A model generated the notes under the pieces. It was not told the DNA's origin and ran no database searches. It saw only the letters and a list, made by a program, of their open reading frames with translations. DNA of 32,000 nt from Candidatus Iainarchaeum sp. (GTDB lineage Archaea; Iainarchaeota; Iainarchaeia; Iainarchaeales; JACQJH01). Shown piece after piece: positions 1 through 7,088 of the stretch; the first letter of the stretch is position 1; every line of letters begins with the position of its first letter. The DNA lies in assembly GCA_016205145.1 (NCBI GenBank), contig JACQJH010000001.1, positions 180,001 to 212,000 of the forward strand. The letters run 5' to 3'. A program made the position numbers and the translations under genes.

Positions 1-3000
1 AAACGTCGCCCTGGTATGGCGCGGGGTGGTAAGTAAACTGCAGTCCGTCAAGCGCTATCGGCGCGCCTTCAAACTGGCAGTTGTTTGAAATGTTTGAAAT
101 GTGCGGCCCGGTTTTTCCGGCATCGGTTGAATCGTTCCATTCGAAGTTGTCGACTGAAACGCATTTGTCGGCAGGAGTTTCCCCGAAGCCGATTGCAACG
201 TTCAATGGAATGAACACGTCATAGGTTTTTGCGAACGCCTGGTTCTGGAACGTGAGCCAGACCCACCCGTCAAGGCTTTCCTGCCTGTCGACAATGCCGG
301 CTGAAACGAGCTGTGTCTTGATTATGTCCGCGAGCTCTTTTGCCTGCAAGGGCTTTATTTCCAGGCCGTTAGTTTTTGTCTGCAGGAACGAAAGCATTGC
401 AGTATAATCCAGTACTCCGAAAAACCTTGAGCTTTTTTCCTTGTAGTCCGATTTCGTCAGCTTCAGTGTTTCGCCGATGTGGCTTGTCGCAGTGAGAATC
501 GTGGAAATAGTTTCGTTGGTTTTTGCCCGCGTGTCAAGCCTTGACTGCAGTTTTTCCGGTTCGAATGAAAGTATCTGGCCTGAAACAGTCAGAGCGAGCG
601 GCTTGTCGAGCCAGTAGCCGATTTTTTCGGCTCCGAAAACAATTTGCGTCAATGGCGAGCTTGCCGGAACATGCACAATAACTTCGCCGTTGTCGCTGCT
701 CATGCAGTTGTTCCCTGAAACGCATGCGAGCCAGCTTTCGCTTGCATCGGCAAGAATTTTTTTTGCCTTGACAAGCACGCCGGAAAGCGGTTTTCCCGAA
801 CTGTCTTTGACTGTCACAAGAATGTCTTTCTGTTCGAATGCGTTGACCGCCGAGGGTTCGACTGCCAACGCCATGTCTTCCTTGCTTGCCGTCTTGAATT
901 CTATTTTTTTCCTGTAAACCGTCTGTCCGCCTGAAACAATGCGCGCTTCAAGGCCTGAGCTTTCAAGCTTTTTGCCTTCAATCCACAGCTTTGCGAGAAC
1001 GCTTTTGCCCTTTGAAAAGCCGCCAAGCGGAATTGCCGGCGACTTGAATGCGTTGAAATTGGCGTTCGCGTTTTCATGCGAGTCCGCGTCAAGCAGCGAG
1101 TATTTGCGGATGAGAATGCTTTCGTTGTCCGCACCATGCGAATCGACGCTTGCAATTATGAGCTGTATGCCGTTGAATTGCGCGTCGGAATTGTTTTTGA
1201 TTACAAAGTTCAGTAGGTATGGGCCGAAGACCGTCAGAGCGTACGGCTTGTCGTCGAGGAAAAGGTTTGACTGCTCGTCCAAAACATCCTCGCCTGCATA
1301 GCAGAAGTCCTGGCCGCATGTTACGGGCACGCCTTCCAGGAATTCGTTGATTTCAAACGTCTGCGCGAACAATTCCTTTTTCGCCGCGGTTTCACGCGCG
1401 CTTCCCAACCCGGCATCGGCCGGCATCCTGCTGTAAGTGTCTCCGCTGGCGGTCCAGGCCCGGTAGTGCATTGGCAATGGTGTCATCGGCGCAGTGCTTT
1501 TCTTCACCACGACCTCGAACGCCGCGTAAACCACTTCCGGTTCGGTTGTTGAAAATTTCGCATCCGCCCACTTGCCGACGCTTGCAGAGCTTTCAAGCAG
1601 GTTTTCAGCGTCGCTTCCAAGCGGCGGATTGAATGCGGAACCTTTCTCTATCTTGGCATTGCCGGCATCTATTTCGCCGATGTAAAGCGCGTCCCCTGAA
1701 ACAGTGTTCGTGTCGCCGGTCCTGAAATGTATGCCTGCCTGCTGGACAGCTGAGGGCAGTTTGAATTTGAAGAGTGCGAGATATCGTTTTCCTGATTCCA
1801 TTGCCTGGGCTTCGGAATAGTTTTCAAGCATTCCTTCGAACGAAACGCTTGGCTGGGAAATGCTGCCTTGCAATGGCAGTTCGGCCTTGAATTCCGCGAG
1901 AGTGTCGGGCCACAGCATTTTCGGGATTGTCTGTGCCTTCACGTGGTTGGGCGAGGTTATGACTGCAAACACTTTTCTTCCGGCCCTGATTTTCTGGGAA
2001 AGCGTGCCCTGCGGCATGTCATACCTTGCAATGCTTTGCCCCGCCATGTCGAAGAATTCGGCCTGCGAGTTCTGCAGCAATTCGTTCTGCTCGCTTCTCG
2101 CCTCGACCGAAACATCCGCGTCGCCGACAGCCAGTGTTACCTTGAATTCATTGAGCTCTTTTTTCGCAATCTTTTTTGCAAGCTCCCTTGCCGCGGTGTA
2201 AGCCGGCCATTTTTCGGCTGAAGGATAGAGAACCTCTTCGCGTATGCCCTGCCAGCCTGCCGTGCCATTCGCGTCCGTTGACTGCACCGCATACGGCGTA
2301 AGGCTTCCCGCCGCGCTGCCCTCGCCGAAAAGCAGTTTCACTTTCGCGCCTTCAACCGCCTGTCCGCTTTCATCAACAACCTGCACCCTGATTTTTCCGG
2401 AATTTTCCGGAGTCACTTTTTCAAGCTCTATTTTAAGGCTCTGCTCGCCGCTGAGCGAGGCAATGCCGGTCTGCGCGTAAAAATAGTCGTCCTGAATCGC
2501 GTAAACAATGAGGCTTTGCTGGGGGTCGAAGAATGCAAACGAAAGGGTTTTTGCCTCGCTTCCCGTGTTTCCCTTTTCAATGGCCACGCCGGAGCTGTTC
2601 CTCACTTCGACATCCGCATTGGCAATTGCGTTGTTTGTGCCCTTTTCCACGACCTGCACTGAAAGCCTGGCGCGCACGTTCCTTGAAACAGTCGCAGTCA
2701 CAAGGGTTTCCCCGGCAGGGTTGACCTGAATCCCCGCCTGTGTGTAGCTTGAATACAATGCGTTCTCGTCGCTCACAGTTACCGCATATTTTTTAGGCGC
2801 AAGGTTCTTGAACGAAACCTGGCCGTAGTATTCGGTCTGCTTCGATTCAATGGCGCTGCCGTCGTTGTCCTTCAATGAAACATTGAAGCTTGCCGCAGTA
2901 ACGCTGTTTGCCTGTTCATCCTGCACGATTACCCTGATTTTGCCTGTCGCCCCGGCCGGCCCCTCACGCGGCTCAGGCTGCTGGCCCGAGCAGTCTTCCG

Positions 3001-3823
3001 CGCACACTTCAGTGTTTTCGTTTGACTGGCAAACTCCGTCGCCGCAGCTTGCACCCGTGCCGGGGATGCTGCCGGTTGATGGAGTAAGCGTTATGCTGTT
3101 TGTCGGCTGCGGCAACTGGAATGTTTGCTCGGTAAAGCCCAGTGCAACGACAGTTGCACTCATGCCAATGCATTGCGCGGCGTTTTCGACTATGATTATG
3201 CCGTCGCCGTCTTCGTCTGAAAGCAGTTCAATCGGAATAGTGCCTTCCCTGCATGAAAGCTTCACTGTCGTGCCCTTTTTTGCGATTCTCTCGCCGGTCG
3301 GCGCCTTGAAAATTATTGTCTTTGTCTGCGGCCCGATTTCAATTGACGGGCTTTGCAATGTGAGCGTCTGTTTTTCCCTGGCGCTTGCGACAATCTTTTT
3401 CTGCAATGCGTCGAACTTTTTGCCGTTGATGACCTGCGATTTTATGAGCAGTTCGACTTCGCTGTCAAGCGGCACGGTTATCGAGAAAGCGCCTTGGGCA
3501 TCGGTTTCCGTTGAAAGGCTCTTGTCAGCAAACCTGTAATCGACCTTGACTTTTGCCAAAGCCTGCCCGGAAGCGTCTTTCACTTCGAATGGAATCGTTA
3601 TGTTTTCCTGGAACAGGTTCGGCAGGCCGCCTGAAAGCGCGCTGATGCCCCACACTCCGACCAAGAGAACGGCAAGCAGCACGAGCAAAAAGCTTGGAAT
3701 CATGCGGTCAATCGGGTCGATTGCCCTGTAGACAGGCACGACCTTGTTGATTCTGTCCAGTAAACCGTAATAGCCGTCTTCCAGCGAATAATAGATGTCT
3801 TTAAGGCTCTGAATCAGTCCCAT
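1..3823 (-). CDS. Very large membrane-anchored cell-surface protein. The 5' end is complete and the 3' end runs off the left edge (over 1274 codons). N-terminal cytoplasmic stub plus one TM helix, then repeated carboxypeptidase-regulatory-like/Ig-like beta-sandwich modules and a Cys-rich CGDGVC..EDC linker.
   Basis: Absent from the ORF track because there is no stop inside the window. I checked every plus-strand triplet in register with 3821-3823 from 3823 down to 2. None is tta/cta/tca, so the minus frame is open for 1274 codons. The ATG at 3823 is the first ATG after an in-frame TAG (3902-3904). Translation begins MGLIQSLKDIYYSLEDGYYGLLDRINKVVPVYRAIDPIDRMIPSFLLVLLAVLLVGVWGI. Later segments GKIRVIVQDEQANSV.. 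and GKIRVQVVDESGQAVEGAKVKL look like CarboxypepD_reg-type repeats. The motif ASCGDGVCQSNENTEVCAEDCSG lies at nt 2990-3046. Confidence 0.8.
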   Translation of the reverse strand, partial: MGLIQSLKDIYYSLEDGYYGLLDRINKVVPVYRAIDPIDRMIPSFLLVLLAVLLVGVWGISALSGGLPNLFQENITIPFEVKDASGQALAKVKVDYRFADKSLSTETDAQGAFSITVPLDSEVELLIKSQVINGKKFDALQKKIVASAREKQTLTLQSPSIEIGPQTKTIIFKAPTGERIAKKGTTVKLSCREGTIPIELLSDEDGDGIIIVENAAQCIGMSATVVALGFTEQTFQLPQPTNSITLTPSTGSIPGTGASCGDGVCQSNENTEVCAEDCSGQQPEPREGPAGATGKIRVIVQDEQANSVTAASFNVSLKDNDGSAIESKQTEYYGQVSFKNLAPKKYAVTVSDENALYSSYTQAGIQVNPAGETLVTATVSRNVRARLSVQVVEKGTNNAIANADVEVRNSSGVAIEKGNTGSEAKTLSFAFFDPQQSLIVYAIQDDYFYAQTGIASLSGEQSLKIELEKVTPENSGKIRVQVVDESGQAVEGAKVKLLFGEGSAAGSLTPYAVQSTDANGTAGWQGIREEVLYPSAEKWPAYTAARELAKKIAKKELNEFKVTLAVGDADVSVEARSEQNELLQNSQAEFFDMAGQSIARYDMPQGTLSQKIRAGRKVFAVITSPNHVKAQTIPKMLWPDTLAEFKAELPLQGSISQPSVSFEGMLENYSEAQAMESGKRYLALFKFKLPSAVQQAGIHFRTGDTNTVSGDALYIGEIDAGNAKIEKGSAFNPPLGSDAENLLESSASVGKWADAKFSTTEPEVVYAAFEVVVKKSTAPMTPLPMHYRAWTASGDTYSRMPADAGLGSARETAAKKELFAQTFEINEFLEGVPVTCGQDFCYAGEDVLDEQSNLFLDDKPYALTVFGPYLLNFVIKNNSDAQFNGIQLIIASVDSHGADNESILIRKYSLLDADSHENANANFNAFKSPAIPLGGFSKGKSVLAKLWIEGKKLESSGLEARIVSGGQTVYRKKIEFKTASKEDMALAVEPSAVNAFEQKDILVTVKDSSGKPLSGVLVKAKKILADASESWLACVSGNNCMSSDNGEVIVHVPASSPLTQIVFGAEKIGYWLDKPLALTVSGQILSFEPEKLQSRLDTRAKTNETISTILTATSHIGETLKLTKSDYKEKSSRFFGVLDYTAMLSFLQTKTNGLEIKPLQAKELADIIKTQLVSAGIVDRQESLDGWVWLTFQNQAFAKTYDVFIPLNVAIGFGETPADKCVSVDNFEWNDSTDAGKTGPHISNISNNCQFEGAPIALDGLQFTYHPAPYQGDV

Positions 3824-3835
3824 CCGAATCCCGCG

Positions 3836-3890
3836 CCGCCACTGCCGGCGGGTCAGCGCCAAGGCGTATCGCTGTCGCGATACGCCGAGC
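3836..3890 (+). repeat. Double-hairpin repeat unit, copy 1: GC hairpin, CCAAGG linker, then a 10 bp stem-loop and CCGAG.
   Basis: ccgcc/actgcc/ggcgg at 3836-3851. ggcgtatcgc/tgtc/gcgatacgcc at 3863-3886. Confidence 0.7.
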
Positions 3891-3928
3891 AACAGATCCC
3901 GCTAAAACTCGGATGTATAATAGCGTTT

Positions 3929-3942
3929 AGATAAATAAAAAG
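3929..3942 (-). promoter_or_regulatory. TATA-like box upstream of the giant surface-protein gene.
   Basis: Minus strand ctttttatttatct, about 105 nt upstream of the ATG at 3823. Repeat copy 1 lies in the intervening leader. Confidence 0.3.
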
Positions 3943-3992
3943 ATTGCTCTTGCGCCCAAATGAAATTTTCTGATTATAAAAAAGGGCTGCCC

Positions 3993-4058
3993 GGCATATT
4001 GCACAAGCAATATGCCTTGGCTCCGAACGCAGGGGGCTCTGCCCCCTCGCACGCCCCC
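3993..4058 (-). repeat. Double-hairpin repeat unit, copy 2 (inverted relative to copy 1), with a G-run hairpin module.
   Basis: ggcatattgc/acaa/gcaatatgcc at 3993-4016, then the ttgg linker. agggggc/tct/gccccct at 4031-4047, then cgcacgccccc. Confidence 0.7.
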
Positions 4059-4080
4059 AATCATTTACTACTGCTTACTC

Positions 4081-4131
4081 GGCGTATTGCACAAGCAATA
4101 CGCCTTGGTTCCGAACCAGCCGGACGGAACC
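4081..4131 (-). repeat. Double-hairpin repeat unit, copy 3 (inverted relative to copy 1).
   Basis: ggcgtattgc/acaa/gcaatacgcc at 4081-4104, then the ttgg linker. ggttccg/11 nt/cggaacc at 4107-4131. It abuts the stop codon at 4134. Confidence 0.7.
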
Positions 4132-4133
4132 GG

Positions 4134-6887
4134 CTAGTTTCTCATTTTGATTATGAGCGCTATGACGAGGATTATGATGATTATGATGAGGCCGGCTGTC
4201 AGGGCGTTGTCCGCGATTATCGCGAAAGCAGTTGAAACAGCGTTGCCTTCTACCGGTGCGGGCTTGAGCTGAACGGTTTTTGTTACCTGCTCGTTACCGG
4301 CAGTGAACCTGACTGGAACGCTGACTTCCTTGTCAATGCCCTTGTCCTGTTTGACAGTGAAAGCGATTTTCCTGGTTTCGTTTGCGGCAAGCGTCAAATC
4401 CTTTGTGGTTTCGCCGCTGAATTCCTTCGGCAGGCCGATTTCGATTGTGCCCGAAACAAGGCTGTCGGACTTGTTCTGCAACGTTACAGTGATTTCGGTT
4501 TCATTGCCTTTCGCTTCGGTTTCAACGCCGATCGTTACCCTGTCCGCAAGCCTCTGCCCTGAAACGAGTTTCAACTGCGAGGTTTTTTCGCTTATGCTGC
4601 AGCCTGAAAGCGTTGTGTCGAAGACAATCTGTGCGCTGCCTGAAAGCAATTGCACGTCGATGAGCTTTGCAGTGAAAGAATTTTTCGGCACGGTGATTGT
4701 GTCGGGTGCAGCGGTTGCGCCGATGCCCTTTACGATGATTGTCGCGCTTCTCCCGAGGGGGTTTTCGATTGAAACCAGGACCTTGTCCTCTTTTGCCAAG
4801 GCAATTTCTTTCGGCACTACAAGTTTGAAGTCCGGGCAGCTCGCCTGGTCGACATAGCCGTTAGTGTAAGCATAGCCGTTGTTGTTGAAATTGTCGCTGC
4901 CATTGTAATTGTTGCCGGAGCCGCCGTAACTGTTGTCGACCCTGACCGAAAAGCTTTCGCTTATGCCTGAGCACTGCCTGTTGCCGGCGCTTTCGCTGAA
5001 ATAGCCGCTGGCCCTGACAGTAGCAGTGCCTTCCACATTGCTCCTGTCAAACGAGTCGACCCGCACTCTTATGCGGCCTCTTCCGCCCGGCGCAATCGAA
5101 TTGTCGTAGTCGAGTTCGCGGACATTGAAGTAGCCGCTGTTGTCGGTTGCGCCCGCGCTTGAAATGTAGAACCTGCTGTTCGAATTGTTGACTATGTCGA
5201 ACGACGCGTATTCCGTCGAATTCGTGCCAAGCGAAACGTTTCCGGCGTTTATGTAAACGCTTGAGCAGCTTGACGAAAAGTTCGCGGCATTGTCGTTGAG
5301 GTAGACGGTTATTTCCTGCAGGCCGATGTCGTCAAAGCTCACTGCCGGGCCGCCCTCGAACCTGCCCCTCACCTTGTAATATGCCTTGACTGTCTTGTCG
5401 CCCGTGAGAACGGATGACACGAACCTGAGCCTTATGCGGCCGCTTCCCCTGCCGTCAATCTGGCTGTCGTAAGTGGAAACGCTTGGGCTGAAATCGGAAC
5501 TCGGAGTGTAAGTCTGCACTTCCTCAACGTAAAACCTTTTTCCGGAATCGTTTCTTATCGTGAAGGTTTCAATCCTCTGGTCGTTTTCGTTCAATGTTAC
5601 CGAATGGTTGTCAAAGCTTATGTCGGAAGCATTGCCGGAAGCGCCGTTGTTGCTGATGAAAACATTGAATCTTTCATCGCCTATTTCGGAGAACGAGCAT
5701 GTTCTCCCGTCCGAAAAGCGGCCCCTCAGTCCGGCTGTAGCGCTCGAACTCTGGTCGAAGTCGACGCTGCCGGCCGAAATCCTGGCTTCAAGCTCGCCCG
5801 AGCCGTTCGCGGCTATGCTTGGGCTGAAATAGCCTTCGGTCGCATTGAAGTAGGAGCTGTTGTCGCTGACATTGACTTCGTCAACGTAAAACGTCCTGTC
5901 GGAATTGTTGCGCACGGAAAACCTTTCGGTTACGCTTTCGTTTTCATTCACGTAAACTGAGTGCGTGTTAACTGTTATGTCGGCGCAGCTTGAATTGCCC
6001 GAGCCGCCGCCATTGCCGTTTCTTGGCAACACTCTGACAGTTCCTGTCATTTCGGAATGGAACCTGCAATGGTAATAGTATGTGCCTTCAGTGTTGAAGG
6101 TTTTCCTGTAAGTGCCGTTGTAGTTCAGGGTTCCGCTGTCGCCGCCCGTGTTTTCAAACGTGACCGTGTGCGAGTTGTTTCCGAGGTTGACCCATTCGAC
6201 TGTGTCGCCCTCATAAACCGTTATCGTGCCCGGGCTGAAATAGTTGTCCCTTATCTGCACGTCGGCGTTGCCATAATAGCCGCCGCCATTGCCCCCGCCA
6301 TAATTGCCGCCGGAGCCTCCGCCGGAAACGTTCACGTAAGCCCATTCTTCGTCCTGTATGACGTTGTCCTCTTCAAGGCCCGCGTAAACCACTATCTTGT
6401 AATTGTTGTACCTGTCGTCAATCCTGAAAGCGTCGCCCCACTGCACTTCGCCGTCAGCGTCCTGGTAGAGTGCGACTCCCTTGTTGGGATAATTGAAATA
6501 GTATGCCGAGCCCGGGGCAAAGTATGCCTCTGAATAGTTTCCAAAAGTGTAACTGGTGTTGGCGTAGTTGTAGGATTTCGGGTACAAATAGAATCTTTTC
6601 GTTTCCGTCTGCTTGATGTACTCGTAGCCATTGCCGCGGTCGCCGTAAATTTTAGCATAGGCGAAGACTTTTGCGTAAGGCTCGTATCCTGCCGTGTTCA
6701 GGTAAAGGAATGCCCTGACGTCGACAAGGTCATTGTCGCTTCCGCTTGGCTGATAGGCCCAGTCCGCGCCCGAATCCGTGCGGGCCTGCACGAAAGAAAT
6801 GTCAACTGAATAGTTTGAAGCCGCAAAAACGGTTTGCGTGAGAAAAAGCAAGACGAATGCGATTATGAGATGCCTGAACAGTTTCAA
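4134..6887 (-). CDS. 917 aa secreted, C-terminally anchored surface protein with a cupredoxin (type-1 blue copper) domain and three internal repeats of about 115 aa.
   Basis: TTG start at 6887, 8 nt downstream of GGGGG. Sec-type signal MKLFRHLIIAFVLLFLTQTVFA/AS. Residues about 209-287 (nt 6027-6263), GDTVEWVNLGNNSHTVTF...GTYYYHCRFHSEMTG, match the cupredoxin ligand pattern H...C-x2-H-x2-M. Repeats lie at nt 4932-5990. G/N/Y-rich linkers and many N-x-S/T sequons are present. Hydrophobic C-terminus LTAGLIIIIIILVIALIIKMRN. Confidence 0.85.
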   Translation of the reverse strand: MKLFRHLIIAFVLLFLTQTVFAASNYSVDISFVQARTDSGADWAYQPSGSDNDLVDVRAFLYLNTAGYEPYAKVFAYAKIYGDRGNGYEYIKQTETKRFYLYPKSYNYANTSYTFGNYSEAYFAPGSAYYFNYPNKGVALYQDADGEVQWGDAFRIDDRYNNYKIVVYAGLEEDNVIQDEEWAYVNVSGGGSGGNYGGGNGGGYYGNADVQIRDNYFSPGTITVYEGDTVEWVNLGNNSHTVTFENTGGDSGTLNYNGTYRKTFNTEGTYYYHCRFHSEMTGTVRVLPRNGNGGGSGNSSCADITVNTHSVYVNENESVTERFSVRNNSDRTFYVDEVNVSDNSSYFNATEGYFSPSIAANGSGELEARISAGSVDFDQSSSATAGLRGRFSDGRTCSFSEIGDERFNVFISNNGASGNASDISFDNHSVTLNENDQRIETFTIRNDSGKRFYVEEVQTYTPSSDFSPSVSTYDSQIDGRGSGRIRLRFVSSVLTGDKTVKAYYKVRGRFEGGPAVSFDDIGLQEITVYLNDNAANFSSSCSSVYINAGNVSLGTNSTEYASFDIVNNSNSRFYISSAGATDNSGYFNVRELDYDNSIAPGGRGRIRVRVDSFDRSNVEGTATVRASGYFSESAGNRQCSGISESFSVRVDNSYGGSGNNYNGSDNFNNNGYAYTNGYVDQASCPDFKLVVPKEIALAKEDKVLVSIENPLGRSATIIVKGIGATAAPDTITVPKNSFTAKLIDVQLLSGSAQIVFDTTLSGCSISEKTSQLKLVSGQRLADRVTIGVETEAKGNETEITVTLQNKSDSLVSGTIEIGLPKEFSGETTKDLTLAANETRKIAFTVKQDKGIDKEVSVPVRFTAGNEQVTKTVQLKPAPVEGNAVSTAFAIIADNALTAGLIIIIIILVIALIIKMRN

Positions 6888-6938
6888 GTTTTCAACCCCC
6901 GAAAACTCCTTCGCCTAACCTAAATAGCCGACGAACAA

Positions 6939-6952
6939 GTATTTAAATATAA
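6939..6952 (-). promoter_or_regulatory. TATA-like box for the cupredoxin surface-protein gene.
   Basis: Minus strand atatttaaatac, about 55 nt upstream of the TTG at 6887. Confidence 0.35.
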
Positions 6953-7003
6953 CTATTTTCTTAACTGGACAAAATTAACACAATCTCCTTTTGATGTGGC
7001 CTT

Positions 7004-7024
7004 GGTTTTTTTGGCAAAAAAACC
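7004..7024 (-). terminator. A/T hairpin with T-runs downstream of rtcB.
   Basis: ggttttttt/ggc/aaaaaaacc, preceded on the minus strand by tctttcttttat. Confidence 0.3.
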
Positions 7025-7088
7025 ATAAAAGAAAGACTTTTTTTCTTAAACTTCATATATTTATATTAAAGATATTGTATTGAAGTTT

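Noticed and set aside
3863-3886. The 10 bp inverted repeats as binding sites of a dimeric transcription factor.
   Set aside because: Not excluded, but disfavoured. Copies differ by paired changes in both half-sites that preserve complementarity rather than a fixed half-site sequence, and loop/spacer sequences vary freely.
3831-4134. Possibility that the hairpin repeats are a CRISPR array.
   Set aside because: The repeats are not identical, are not regularly spaced, occur in both orientations, number only three here, and no cas genes are present.
3960-4235. 91 aa plus-strand ORF across the 3.9-4.2 kb spacer.
   Set aside because: It is made of translated hairpin repeats plus the antisense of the TM anchor of the 917 aa gene. 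There is no coding signature.
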